DNA from: a virus
IMG/VR virus record: IMGVR_UViG_3300028629_000001
Span: 1-37,424 of that record
DNA: 37,424 bases
Reading direction: 5' to 3' (one strand)
Shown: positions 9,311-18,559 of the stretch, piece by piece
How positions within the stretch are numbered: the stretch's first letter is position 1
How the letters are laid out: each line of letters opens with the position of its first letter
Program-made: the position numbers and the translations under genes
Notes under the pieces: model-generated
The model's input: the letters and a program-made list of their open reading frames with translations, nothing else
What the model was told of the DNA's origin: nothing
Database searches by the model: none

Positions 9311-9528
9311 TTCTTTTTCTCCAGCGCTTTTTCAAGCGCGCCTATGCGTTTGTCTAGCTTTTCCAGCCTTTCGGGTTTATCAAGCTCAATTAGCTTTTCA
9401 AGCTCAATTAGCTTTTCAAGCTCGCTTTCCGCTTCGTTAGCGCGCTTTTCAAGCATGTCAAGCCTGGAAAGGATGGCTCGTATTTTTTCTTTTTCAAGGG
9501 CACCTTTCGGCAATTTCAATCCTTCCAT
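9307..9528 (-). CDS. Small coiled-coil protein (hypothetical)
   Basis: The ATG at 9528 lies 8 nt after AAGGAG. The product is Glu/Lys/Leu-rich heptad sequence (ELEKLIELEKLIELDK) and contains an 18-bp tandem DNA repeat at 9381..9423. Confidence 0.55.
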   Translation of the reverse strand: MEGLKLPKGALEKEKIRAILSRLDMLEKRANEAESELEKLIELEKLIELDKPERLEKLDKRIGALEKALEKKK

Positions 9529-9540
9529 TCCAGGCACTCC

Positions 9541-10218
9541 TTACTCTGCCGCGACACAATACGAAATGATTGCGTCATCCTGCGGGTCAGCGCTAAACGT
9601 GAATGTCACGCCGCCATTGCTTGCAACAGCCGATACACCTGTAACGTTTCCGCTTCCATCATTTAGAATCGCCCATGAAACCATATCGCCAGCCTTCACG
9701 TTTGCCATAGGAACAAATATCGCCGCTCCAAGTGCCGCATCAGTAACGGCAATCTGATACTTGCTTCCCGTGGTATGCGCGGTCGAGTCCGCATCATGCG
9801 CGTTGAATTTAGCCTTGATGTCGTTCAGCCTTGTGATTGCACCAGCAAGCGTTGTAACGGCAGTTTCAGCAGCAAGCGCGTGGGTAGTACCCTTCGCCTG
9901 GTGATATGTTGGTGACAGGTCGATGGCATCGGTGTTATGCAGGGTGTATTTCGCAGTTAGGTCGTTGACAAGCGTAAGCAAGGTTGCAAGATTGTACGGC
10001 ACGACACTTGTGGCGGCGAGCTGGCCTGCGGCATGCAGCGCTTTATGCTCTTTGGTTGATTCGCCATAATTGGCGACGTGCGCCGAATATTGTATCCTCA
10101 ATGCTGTTGCCAGAGTAATGGCCGACGCCAGCCCCGCGACATTCATATCGCGGGACGTAGTCATCGCATCATCCATGGCCAGAATTATTTTCTGATATCT
10201 TTTCCGTGAATGGAACAT
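9541..10218 (-). CDS. Capsid-associated (decoration-like) protein, hypothetical
   Basis: The ATG at 10218 lies 7 nt after AGGAGG and just downstream of the capsid stop. There are three internal helical repeats of the form L..L...Y..H......H, followed by a beta-rich C-terminus. Confidence 0.45.
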   Translation of the reverse strand: MFHSRKRYQKIILAMDDAMTTSRDMNVAGLASAITLATALRIQYSAHVANYGESTKEHKALHAAGQLAATSVVPYNLATLLTLVNDLTAKYTLHNTDAIDLSPTYHQAKGTTHALAAETAVTTLAGAITRLNDIKAKFNAHDADSTAHTTGSKYQIAVTDAALGAAIFVPMANVKAGDMVSWAILNDGSGNVTGVSAVASNGGVTFTFSADPQDDAIISYCVAAE

Positions 10219-10232
10219 TACACAGCCTCCTA

Positions 10233-11225
10233 TTAGCCGTTCGAGATAAGAGCAATCACGCCCGCGTTCTTGGCGCTGTAGACGCGATCCCACGAGCCGA
10301 GCGTGTAGAGCTGGGCGTCGGAGGGCGAGGTCGCCGTGTCGGGGGAAAGCACCCAAGAGAAGCCGAGCAGGTGGATGCAGAACTGCCTGCGGGTGTAGAG
10401 GGAATCGACACCAATGCCTTTCGGGTCTCGATAGGCTTCATTAGCAACATACTTGCCGGGATTCTCGGCGAATGCAATCGCGCCCTGCTTGAACAGATAC
10501 GAATGATATTTGTATCCGCCCGTAACTGCAATTACTGGCAGGTCATCGTCAACAACGATATTCAGCCCCATATACTTGGGAATAAGTAGATTAGAACGGC
10601 TGTCCTGCACATAGTCAATCAGGTCGTTCTTAAGCAATGTTGAATAGACCGTGGAATGAACAGCAATAGCGTATACTTCGCTAAAATGGTCACCCTGTTT
10701 CAATACCGCATCAATTGTCTTTTCAGCACTGATTTTATTTGCGGCGGTGGCACTAGTGGCATTATCGATTGAAATATCAACCACCAAGTCGCTGGAATCA
10801 TTGGCAACGTTGTCAGCGATAATACCGCGAACAGTAAGGGTAAGCAGTTTTTCATACTGCGTAGCCCAATACTGAGCCACACGGTCGCCGATGGCCTGGA
10901 TAGGATTATCTCCTGAAAGCTGTGCAGCGAGGTCAGTCGCGCCCCACGCCTTACCACGAAGCTGTCGGCGGGCAATCATCTTGTCAGCGGTAATCTCATT
11001 CACCGTCATTGGATTAGTTTCGTCGAGAATCTCTGAATCTCCAGATAAATCTTTCCAGAACGGGAAATTGAAGGTATTCGAACCGCCAGCAAGCTTATCG
11101 AACAGCACGGGCGACTGAACCAGTACACCAGCCTGGAAGAACTTATTGAGATGAATCGATCGCTCTGAAACATAAGGGTCAAAAACAGTCGGAACAATAA
11201 CATCCGAAAGTTTAGTCTCTGCCAT
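10233..11225 (-). CDS. Major capsid protein (HK97 fold, SPP1 gp13-like)
   Basis: The N-terminus (MAETKLSDVIVPTVFDPYV...FFQAGV...GGSNTFNFPFWKDLSGDSEIL...LRGKAWGATDLAAQLSGDNPIQAIGDRVAQYW) closely parallels my recollection of SPP1 gp13. It follows a scaffold gene. Confidence 0.85.
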   Translation of the reverse strand: MAETKLSDVIVPTVFDPYVSERSIHLNKFFQAGVLVQSPVLFDKLAGGSNTFNFPFWKDLSGDSEILDETNPMTVNEITADKMIARRQLRGKAWGATDLAAQLSGDNPIQAIGDRVAQYWATQYEKLLTLTVRGIIADNVANDSSDLVVDISIDNATSATAANKISAEKTIDAVLKQGDHFSEVYAIAVHSTVYSTLLKNDLIDYVQDSRSNLLIPKYMGLNIVVDDDLPVIAVTGGYKYHSYLFKQGAIAFAENPGKYVANEAYRDPKGIGVDSLYTRRQFCIHLLGFSWVLSPDTATSPSDAQLYTLGSWDRVYSAKNAGVIALISNG

Positions 11226-11237
11226 ATAAAACTCCTT

Positions 11238-11951
11238 TTATCCTTTAGATGCGGCCTCAAGTGCCGCGTATTGCGCTGGGTTGCTCTTGAAAAGCTGCGT
11301 CCGTTCATCAAGCGTCATATCCTTAAACGCTTTAGTTGTGCCGCCTCCAGCTCCAGAACCACCAGCACCGCCACCAGAATTGCTTGAAGCAAGCGCCCAT
11401 TCTTTACCGTCAGGCGTATTCATCCACTCAGTTACATACGCTTTGGGGTCGAGCTTCTTCACCGTGCCGTCAGCGACCTTGACGCTTGCGACAGCCCGTG
11501 GCTTTCCGTCTTCCCCAAGCTCGACAGTGAACTTGCTCTTGTGCAACAGTTTCACCGCTTCCATGTGAGCAGGTTTCACTGCGCCTGCGAGTGCCGAAGT
11601 CAGCCCGCCATCAATCAGCAGGTCGGCGACAGTCTGATTCGCGGCAGAGACTTTCTCGTCTCGTTCTTTCTCCGCTTTTAGCTTGTCAGCCTTCACGGTT
11701 TCCATATCCTTCTGTAGCCGTGCAAGGTTCGCCTGCAATTCATCGCGTTCTGATTCCAGCATAATGAGCTTTTGCCGTGCGTCGTCGTCTGGGTTTTTGT
11801 ACTTCTCCAACAGCTCTTTGTTTTTCTTCTTTAACCCAGCGACTTCAGCATCTATCGCGGCTTGCGTGCTCTCATTGACAATGCCCTCGGCCTTTGCAAT
11901 TTGCGCATCGTTCGCGCCAAGCTCTTTCAGCAATTCCTTCAACTTGTCCAT
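11238..11951 (-). CDS. Scaffolding protein
   Basis: 237-aa highly charged coiled-coil ORF immediately upstream of the capsid gene. Confidence 0.75.
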   Translation of the reverse strand: MDKLKELLKELGANDAQIAKAEGIVNESTQAAIDAEVAGLKKKNKELLEKYKNPDDDARQKLIMLESERDELQANLARLQKDMETVKADKLKAEKERDEKVSAANQTVADLLIDGGLTSALAGAVKPAHMEAVKLLHKSKFTVELGEDGKPRAVASVKVADGTVKKLDPKAYVTEWMNTPDGKEWALASSNSGGGAGGSGAGGGTTKAFKDMTLDERTQLFKSNPAQYAALEAASKG

Positions 11952-12018
11952 ATTCTACCCCTAGGGTCGGGCCTTGCCCGTATTATTTCCGGCCTTGCCA
12001 GATTGTTCACAAATAAAA

Positions 12019-12204
12019 TCAGTCATCGGATTCATCGATAACTTTCTCTTGCACCTTGTCATCAGTTTCAGGAATAAATGGCTCAAGCTCCGCCTCATAG
12101 AATGGCGCATCGAGCTTCTTTACTCCTACCACAACATACTCAACGCCTTCAATCGTCAAGTGTTCGCCTTTCTTGATCAAGTGAGGAACCATACAGTTTT
12201 TCAT
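12019..12204 (-). CDS. Hypothetical protein (61 aa)
   Basis: ATGA overlap with the upstream gene. No recognisable motif. Confidence 0.45.
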   Translation of the reverse strand: MKNCMVPHLIKKGEHLTIEGVEYVVVGVKKLDAPFYEAELEPFIPETDDKVQEKVIDESDD

Positions 12205-13235
12205 TTCAGCTCCTTAAGTGTTAGTAACTTGCCGTCTTTCACGAACGATTCTACCGGCATTCCTTGCTGATACAGCTTCGCGCGCGTCGGCCCCAATATT
12301 TCAGCCTGCTCTTTAGGACTCGCCGATTCCAGCATATCCTTCCACGTTGTATATTTCGGCACCTGTCCGTTCATGCTCGCGCGCGTTGTATCAGGTAATT
12401 CATCAGCGTCAATGCCAAGCTCACGGAAACTCTTGAAGATAACCGTGTATAGGCCTCGGCATGAAATATGACTTGGGAGAAACGGCTTCGGCTCGTACAC
12501 GTCATATACCATACCATCTTCAAGCCCGCACTGAATACACGTCCTATCATCCAGCGTTTCAACGCGCATATAGCCTTGGATAATATCCTCATTCGCCCGC
12601 CAGAATATATCTCTAGCCGTATTGCTCACGTGCATGACGGCAGTCCTTGCCAGCGCCTCTGCTTGCCGCGTGTCAACCGTCATTATTCCGCCGGTATATT
12701 TGCCTGCAACATACTTACCGCCAACCCATTTCGCGCGCCTCACCGCACGGCCTCGAAGCTCTACTATAAGCTGTTCCAGCGTCTTGCCTTGTTCAATCGC
12801 GCGCTTTGTCGTCTCGACTACGTCCGTGATATTATTGACGCCAAGCGCATCGACTAATTGTGCCAGCGTACTCCCTGCCGCCGCGGGGCGTTCCGCTATT
12901 TTCTGCCACTCAACCATTGCGCCCTTTATTGCTATGCCGGGGATTATCTCCTCTAACATGGCCTGTATTTGCGTAACCTCATTGTCCGCAAGCCTCGGCA
13001 GTGATTTGTCCATTGCCGACTTAATCTTGTTTATCGCCTCGCCATAGGTCATGTTGACGCGTGTCGCAATCTCGCCAATATCTTTGTCGCGCCATAGCGT
13101 AGAGATATGCCCCAGCGCTTCTGCGTGAGCAGCCTCAAGCAAGACAAGGATTGCCTGATATTCTTCCTGCGTCCAGTCCTCGAGCTTCTCAGCGTGCTCG
13201 ATGAGCGCTTTCAGCAAGGCCTCATTCGCGGTCAT
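12201..13235 (-). CDS. Minor head / head morphogenesis protein (Mu F / SPP1 gp7 family)
   Basis: The motif VETLDDRTCIQCGLEDGMVY is typical of the Mu F family. It lies directly after the portal gene. Confidence 0.8.
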   Translation of the reverse strand: MTANEALLKALIEHAEKLEDWTQEEYQAILVLLEAAHAEALGHISTLWRDKDIGEIATRVNMTYGEAINKIKSAMDKSLPRLADNEVTQIQAMLEEIIPGIAIKGAMVEWQKIAERPAAAGSTLAQLVDALGVNNITDVVETTKRAIEQGKTLEQLIVELRGRAVRRAKWVGGKYVAGKYTGGIMTVDTRQAEALARTAVMHVSNTARDIFWRANEDIIQGYMRVETLDDRTCIQCGLEDGMVYDVYEPKPFLPSHISCRGLYTVIFKSFRELGIDADELPDTTRASMNGQVPKYTTWKDMLESASPKEQAEILGPTRAKLYQQGMPVESFVKDGKLLTLKELK

Positions 13236-14773
13236 TTGCTAAGCCTCGTCGCCATGTTCGCCAGCGCCGATTGTGCGCTTACCTGTGCCTGTTCAACCGC
13301 CGCTTCTTTTTGCGCTTCAAGCTCAGAAAGTATCTCTTCATCAGTCCTGCTATCGTTAATCAGGTTCACGCGCCGTTGATACCGTATCAAGTCGCCTAGC
13401 GCATACAGGTTGTCGTTTACCTGATTTCTAAGCTCGGCCAGTATCTGTGCGTCTGGCGCAAAATCCATGTACTCAGTGTTAAGACTAAAGACCGCCCTGC
13501 CGCCGCCGAAGCCCCAGTCAAGCGCGAATTGTAGCCATTGCTCGGTTATCCGTGAGCAGGCCCGCGCCATATCCGCAAGCGTCGCCGACTCCGCCGAAGC
13601 TCGAATCCTCACCGTTGTTGCCGCTTCAGCCGCTGCCTTGTCTTGTGTCAGCATCCTTCCGCCGAACTTGGCGATATTGGTCAGGATTGACACGCCGCGT
13701 GCCGCCAGTGCATCTAGCCCTTGCCCAGTAAACTCAAGATACTTCGCGTCCGCATTTTCGTTGACCGAATGTATGCCGTTGAGCCCGCCCAAAGTTATGC
13801 CCTGGACTTCCTCATCCGTGAATCCAAAGAATGCCGCTGTCGGTATGCCTACCGCAAAGCACGCGTTCGCGAACTCGACCGCCCATTGATAGTACTCGTG
13901 CATTAAGTCAATCAGATCATTCAGCGGTGGCGTCTCAATATCGCGCTTGCCGCCGCGTGGCGAGTACATGTAGAACGGTATGCTGTCCAGCGGACGACCG
14001 CCCTTGCGGGGCACTATCTCAGTAGCGCTATAGTCGTCGTCAATGCCCCGCCGCGTGTAGAAAACTTGCTTATACTCGCCATCCTCCAGGACAAGCTCGC
14101 GATAGTCATAGTCGTACCCATCGGCACGACGGACACGCTCACGCAACTTATAGTACACAGGCACAAGTCGCCCACCGATGCGCGCCTCTCGCCAGTCCAG
14201 GATGTCCTCAGCCTTGTATGACGCCGCGTAAGGACGCAGGCCCATCCGCTCCGCCTCTGCTACGGTTATCCCAAGTTGGTTGACGGGCGGTGTGTCCAGT
14301 AGCACACCATGTCGTCCGACGAGCAGCACTTCAGCCAGCACGCCCTCGACGAACTCCACAAGCGGCGTCTCTTGTAGGTCAGCATCATCAAGGAGCGGGC
14401 ATGATGGCGGTAGCTCAATCAGGGGCGGAGTCGAAAAGATAAGTCCTAAGTACCCCGACCGTGTCAGCGCGACGTATGACGGGCAGTGCCCGCGCAAAAG
14501 GTAGAGGACGTACTCGGTATAGGTCATACGGTCAGACGTTGGGAGGATATACGCAGACTGCGCGATGGTGGCAAACTGCGCGCCCGCGACCGGAAGCCTC
14601 GACACGCCGGAAAGGTCGCGGATAACCGACGCGCAGCCCTGCGCCCACAATGCCAGGTCATGCGCACGCATGGCGTTGACGCCCGTCGCAAAGTCACGCG
14701 CCTTGGTCCATTGTGGGAGCATCCTTGTATACTCTGGATGCGTTGCCTGTAATCGCCGATCTAGCTCAGTCAT
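13232..14773 (-). CDS. Portal protein
   Basis: 513 aa. The ATG at 14773 overlaps the terminase TGA (ATGA). It lies between the large terminase and the MuF-like gene. Confidence 0.8.
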   Translation of the reverse strand: MTELDRRLQATHPEYTRMLPQWTKARDFATGVNAMRAHDLALWAQGCASVIRDLSGVSRLPVAGAQFATIAQSAYILPTSDRMTYTEYVLYLLRGHCPSYVALTRSGYLGLIFSTPPLIELPPSCPLLDDADLQETPLVEFVEGVLAEVLLVGRHGVLLDTPPVNQLGITVAEAERMGLRPYAASYKAEDILDWREARIGGRLVPVYYKLRERVRRADGYDYDYRELVLEDGEYKQVFYTRRGIDDDYSATEIVPRKGGRPLDSIPFYMYSPRGGKRDIETPPLNDLIDLMHEYYQWAVEFANACFAVGIPTAAFFGFTDEEVQGITLGGLNGIHSVNENADAKYLEFTGQGLDALAARGVSILTNIAKFGGRMLTQDKAAAEAATTVRIRASAESATLADMARACSRITEQWLQFALDWGFGGGRAVFSLNTEYMDFAPDAQILAELRNQVNDNLYALGDLIRYQRRVNLINDSRTDEEILSELEAQKEAAVEQAQVSAQSALANMATRLSK

Positions 14774-16011
14774 AGTGCCCCCAGTGTAATCGCTCCGCCC
14801 GAACCGCGCAAGGGTAACTCCCACAAAAGCAAATAGCCCAATGCGTCCGTGATATGGTCCAAGCCCGAGGATTTATCCGGCTCGTTGGTGCCCTCCACGT
14901 AGGTTAGCCCGTCAAGCGCCATCGTCAATTGTCGGCAGGTAGGATTGATTAGCACGCGCTTATCGCCCGCCGCTGTGCGTAGCCCTGTGTTGACCGTGTT
15001 GATTTTATCAACGACAGCGTACGGATGCGATGGCGCGAGCACTTGAAAACCTGCCTGTCGAAGTATGGTAAAATCTGTCTGTCCGACAGGAGCGCTTGTC
15101 TTGCGCGCATTGCCTGTCGGGTCGGGATAGATGCGAATTGTGCGATTAGGATAGCGCGATTTGATCAGACGGACCATCTCGTCCGTGTTGCCGTTGTCAA
15201 TTGTGGCCTCACCGATTACGTGTATCTGCCCGCCCGCTTTGACGGCAAAAACCGCGCTCATTGGGTTGATGTTAAAATCCATCCCGACAAGGATCGGCGC
15301 GCCGTCGATATCTTTGACATCAGAGATGTTGCCGTCAGGATACGGTCGCCTATCAAATGCATAGTACACGCGCCCCGCGAGCGACTCAAAGCTCGCCTCG
15401 TACTCTTGCCGAAATGTGCGCTCGTCCATGTCGTGCCGAGCCGCCTCAATCTCCTCAGGCGGCACGTTGCCACCCTCAAGTGTGGTGTACTTGTGGATTG
15501 ACCAGTCTGGCGAGTTATGCGCCGCAAGGTAAAGGCTATAAAAATGATTATAGCCCGCAGGTGTAGAGATGAGCAAAGCCCGCCCTTGCTTGTCGGATAG
15601 TGCAGGACGGATAGTCGGCCAGGCTGCCGGGTCTTGATACGCCATCTCGTCCGGTACTACCAGGTCAAGCCCGGCGCCACGCAGGCGGTCAGGGTTGTCG
15701 CTCGACCGTAGCGCGATAGTGCTCCCATTGCGCAGGGTTATCCGCAGGTTTGTCTGGTCAAGCGATGAGATATAGCCGGGCGGTATGATGTCCTTAAGCT
15801 TAGGCAGCATGACGTCGCGCGCCATGCCGTATGTCGGCGCGATATACCAGCTTGTGCTGCCCTTTTGGTTGACCGCGGTGCGCATGAGCTCGTGTGCGGC
15901 CAGGTGTGTTTTGCCAAAGCGACGCCCAGCGACGAGGATCCTCATCCGCGTAGGGTCAGTGTAGACTCGCCATTGCGCCGGTCGAAGGCGCATGACTAAA
16001 CGCTCAGTCAT
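14770..16011 (-). CDS. terL: Terminase large subunit
   Basis: Walker A motif VAGRRFGKT, Walker B-like motif LDLVVPDEMAY, and a C-terminal nuclease-like region. Confidence 0.9.
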   Translation of the reverse strand: MTERLVMRLRPAQWRVYTDPTRMRILVAGRRFGKTHLAAHELMRTAVNQKGSTSWYIAPTYGMARDVMLPKLKDIIPPGYISSLDQTNLRITLRNGSTIALRSSDNPDRLRGAGLDLVVPDEMAYQDPAAWPTIRPALSDKQGRALLISTPAGYNHFYSLYLAAHNSPDWSIHKYTTLEGGNVPPEEIEAARHDMDERTFRQEYEASFESLAGRVYYAFDRRPYPDGNISDVKDIDGAPILVGMDFNINPMSAVFAVKAGGQIHVIGEATIDNGNTDEMVRLIKSRYPNRTIRIYPDPTGNARKTSAPVGQTDFTILRQAGFQVLAPSHPYAVVDKINTVNTGLRTAAGDKRVLINPTCRQLTMALDGLTYVEGTNEPDKSSGLDHITDALGYLLLWELPLRGSGGAITLGAL

Positions 16012-16412
16012 GAGTCGGCCTCTTGATCGCTAGATGCTTGACTCGTGTCGCCATTGTCGCCCTTGTCTACCTCAACGCCAGGCCCCGCGACGACTATTTG
16101 CGGCAGGTCGCCAGTAATAGCCACCTTACTCCCTTCCGTTGTCTCCCTGATTTCTTTTATCAATGCAATCTTCGCTGAATCTGACCCTTTCGCTAATATT
16201 TGCGTAACAACCTGCTCTAATAGTTCAAGCCCTGTTGCGGGCTTTCCATCGATAACCACTTTCGTTTTCTTAGCAAGCAGCCGTGCATACATCTCTGAAA
16301 TAGCAGCTTTCTCTCGCCTAGCTTTTGCCGACGCCTTGCCTCCTTTTGAGCCCAGTTCTCTAGCTTCGCTCTTGCTGCGCTGCGAAGTAGGAATAAGGTT
16401 CTGCTCATTCAT
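16008..16412 (-). CDS. Putative terminase small subunit
   Basis: 134 aa with a basic N-terminus (KGGKASAKARREK) and an acidic tail. ATGA-coupled to terL. Confidence 0.5.
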   Translation of the reverse strand: MNEQNLIPTSQRSKSEARELGSKGGKASAKARREKAAISEMYARLLAKKTKVVIDGKPATGLELLEQVVTQILAKGSDSAKIALIKEIRETTEGSKVAITGDLPQIVVAGPGVEVDKGDNGDTSQASSDQEADS

Positions 16413-17145
16413 TCTTATTCTCCTGCTGCATCTTCGCCTTCTGCCTAATCTGGTATTTCGTCATCCAAGCCTTAGAATATTCAGCGTTCTCAAATAGCTT
16501 AGAGAAGCCAGTAATATGTTTTAGCTTAAGAACTTCCTCTGGCTGCATGCCTAATTCTTGACATATCTCAGCCTCGCTCATACCATTATCGAGCATCTGG
16601 AATACGAGGTTAGACATTCCTGTTACCATATGCTCTCCTCTGGCTCTATTATGCCTTACAGTAGACGCCATCCTCTCGGTAATGTCTTTATCTATCACTA
16701 CTATAGGGATCCTACCATTTATCCGCTTAGAAATATCTGCCTTAGTCTTTGCTATAAAATATCTGTGGAATCCGTCAACAATAATGTACTTGTCTAGCTC
16801 TTTATCGTATACCGTTACAATAGGCTGAGTATACCCATCGTGAGAGATTGAAACGTATAACAGCTCCATCTCTATACTTGCTACTGAGTTAGGGTTATAG
16901 TCGTTTGCCTGTACTATATCTACTGGCACCCAAAGAATTCTATCGACTGGTTGGCTCTTCTGCGGTGATAGGCTGCTAATAAATGTTCTTAATTCATTCA
17001 AAAATTCGATCTTGTCATCTGCCTCATTGAACCACTTAGTTATCAGCTCAATATCTTTTTTGCTTCTTTTCTTTAACCCGCCCTGTAGGTCTTCTATTGC
17101 ATCGAGCGGCAATAAATCGGCTGTTTTGCAGGCAATTCTTACCAC
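16405..17145 (-). CDS. ParB/Srx-fold (ParB N-terminal domain, IbrB-like) protein
   Basis: The GTG at 17145 lies 6 nt after GGAGG. The motif YIIVDGFHRY follows NDYNPNSV. It is the first gene of the late operon. Confidence 0.65.
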   Translation of the reverse strand: MVRIACKTADLLPLDAIEDLQGGLKKRSKKDIELITKWFNEADDKIEFLNELRTFISSLSPQKSQPVDRILWVPVDIVQANDYNPNSVASIEMELLYVSISHDGYTQPIVTVYDKELDKYIIVDGFHRYFIAKTKADISKRINGRIPIVVIDKDITERMASTVRHNRARGEHMVTGMSNLVFQMLDNGMSEAEICQELGMQPEEVLKLKHITGFSKLFENAEYSKAWMTKYQIRQKAKMQQENKNE

Positions 17146-17281
17146 AGCAACCTCCGAGTATAGCGTACTATATTTTAATTATTTGTCAAGTGCCTATTCA
17201 AAATGGGGCAGGGCGGTATTGCGCCGCCGCAGGGGAGGAGGCGTCCCTGCCAAACATTGCAGCCCCAATATAGTATAACAT

Positions 17282-17309
17282 TTTTCTATTATTTTGCAAT
17301 TACTTTTTT
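17282..17309 (-). promoter_or_regulatory. Putative late-operon promoter: TTGCAA, 16-nt spacer, TGtTATACT
   Basis: On the minus strand the -35 hexamer is TTGCAA (17304..17309) and the extended -10 is TGtTATACT (TATACT at 17282..17287). It sits in a 420-bp AT-rich intergenic region. Confidence 0.5.
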
Positions 17310-17409
17310 ATAATTCAAAATCACATATAGTATTATCCGCCTTTAATCGCCGCCTCTCAACCTCATTCATCTTTTACCTCCTTCTAACAATTTCATCTTT
17401 TTCTTCTTC

Positions 17410-17532
17410 CTATCTCCACCGCTGCTCGTCCCAGTAGTTCTCCCTGTCTACTTCACGCTGAGCAATTACTTCATCATCCTCAGCCTCGTCGAAATATCCT
17501 GGCGGAAAAGGCCAATCTGGCAAATTATTCAT
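17410..17532 (-). CDS. Small acidic hypothetical protein (40 aa)
   Basis: AGGAGGtataaaATG at 17532. The product is MNNLPDWPFPPGYFDEAEDDEVIAQREVDRENYWDEQRWR. It is below the ORF-track size cutoff. Confidence 0.4.
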   Translation of the reverse strand: MNNLPDWPFPPGYFDEAEDDEVIAQREVDRENYWDEQRWR

Positions 17533-17564
17533 TTTATACCTCCTATTCATTAGTATATCACGAT

Positions 17565-17750
17565 TTATCCAATTCCGCAAGCCTTATTTTTCTTTCTCTT
17601 TCGCTCTGCACGAATCGCCCGCTCCTCCAGCTCCTCAAGCCATGCCTCCATCGCCTGTGTGTCGGCGTACTCCTCGTCATCTAGCGGATCATCAAATAGC
17701 TCGCCTTCATCTTCCCAGTTTCTCGCCATTCCCGATTGACTCTCTTTCAT
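17565..17750 (-). CDS. Hypothetical acidic protein (61 aa)
   Basis: The internal ATG at 17750 lies 7 nt after AGGAGG. Confidence 0.5.
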   Translation of the reverse strand: MKESQSGMARNWEDEGELFDDPLDDEEYADTQAMEAWLEELEERAIRAERKRKKNKACGIG

Positions 17751-17763
17751 TTTCAACCTCCTT

Positions 17764-17949
17764 TTATTCATTATGCTTTATCTCTCGCACTTCTATCGAT
17801 TTAATAGCAAGATTCGACCGATACTTTTTATTTGACTCATTCACGATTCTTATTGCCTCGTCTTCATTCCTTGCGAACGGACATGCAACGAAAGGTTTGT
17901 CATACCCATCGAAATAAACTGCAACTTCGTATTCCTTCATTTTTATCAT
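17764..17949 (-). CDS. Hypothetical protein (61 aa)
   Basis: ORF with an upstream SD sequence. No recognisable motif. Confidence 0.45.
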   Translation of the reverse strand: MIKMKEYEVAVYFDGYDKPFVACPFARNEDEAIRIVNESNKKYRSNLAIKSIEVREIKHNE

Positions 17950-17959
17950 TCTCTACCTC

Positions 17960-18157
17960 CTATCTCAATCCAAGCCGCCTAGCCATAAATGCCTCAGCCT
18001 CAAGTCCAAAGCACCTGTCGTTCCATTTCCGTATAAGCTCAGCGGCGCTCGCCGAATGTTTCGCCTCTAGTAACATCAATAGCCGCCTATATTCGCTGTA
18101 ATAGTCTATCCGCTCAACCAGCGGAATCGTGTTGCTAGCGTGTTCATCCCAAACCAT
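17960..18157 (-). CDS. Hypothetical protein, paralogue A (65 aa)
   Basis: MVWDEHASNTIPLVERIDYY...RKWNDRCFG...RRLGLR is colinear with the product of 20063..20260. Confidence 0.6.
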   Translation of the reverse strand: MVWDEHASNTIPLVERIDYYSEYRRLLMLLEAKHSASAAELIRKWNDRCFGLEAEAFMARRLGLR

Positions 18158-18159
18158 TT

Positions 18160-18375
18160 TCAGCCTCCTTTGTGTTTCGCTAATATGGTTATTATAATGC
18201 TCGACACAACAACACCAATAAAAAACGCTGCCGCGAGCAGAAATCCAAGTGCTGCACGAAACGTCTCTCCGGTTCCCACTAGCGCATACTCCTCTATACT
18301 CCTATGCGCCAAGAGACTCAAGGTAATACTTAACGCTATTGCAACGGCAGTAGTGGCATAACCGACTGTTTTCAC
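18160..18375 (-). CDS. Small membrane protein (two predicted TM helices)
   Basis: The GTG at 18375 overlaps the upstream TGA; a TTG at 18393 is an alternative start. Two hydrophobic stretches are present. Confidence 0.45.
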   Translation of the reverse strand: MKTVGYATTAVAIALSITLSLLAHRSIEEYALVGTGETFRAALGFLLAAAFFIGVVVSSIIITILAKHKGG

Positions 18376-18557
18376 CCTTGTTTCTTGCTCCAATTAGCAA
18401 AGTCTCTAATTTCGTTAGACATAGCCTGAAACTCATCAGCTAGTTTCTCTGCTTCCTCCCCGTCCAGATAGCCCAAATCGATTTTTGTAAACTCAACCTT
18501 CAGAGTAACGAAGAGAAACCTATGCGAGCGATCTGTCCTTGTACTTACCGAAACCAT
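18372..18557 (-). CDS. Hypothetical protein (61 aa)
   Basis: The ATG at 18557 follows GAAGGAG. Confidence 0.45.
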   Translation of the reverse strand: MVSVSTRTDRSHRFLFVTLKVEFTKIDLGYLDGEEAEKLADEFQAMSNEIRDFANWSKKQG

Positions 18558-18559
18558 AC

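Noticed and set aside
9381-9423. 18-bp tandem repeat (caagctcaattagctttt, 2.4 copies) as a regulatory or binding-site array
   Set aside because: It lies inside a coiled-coil ORF and simply encodes the repeated heptad-like peptide ELEKLI. No independent regulatory context is present.
9541-10356. Long N-terminal extensions offered by the ORF track (9541..10356, 13232..14824, 22735..23214, 29243..30304, 21322..22305)
   Set aside because: The extensions overlap the 3' ends of upstream genes. Internal ATG/GTG codons with well-spaced AGGAGG-type sites, or ATGA stop-start overlaps, give the tightly coupled pattern seen throughout the genome.
17184-17189. Perfect TTGACA hexamer upstream of the ParB-like gene as a promoter
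   Set aside because: The only -10-like hexamers downstream (TATAGT, TATACT) are 11 and 21 nt away, outside the functional spacer range.
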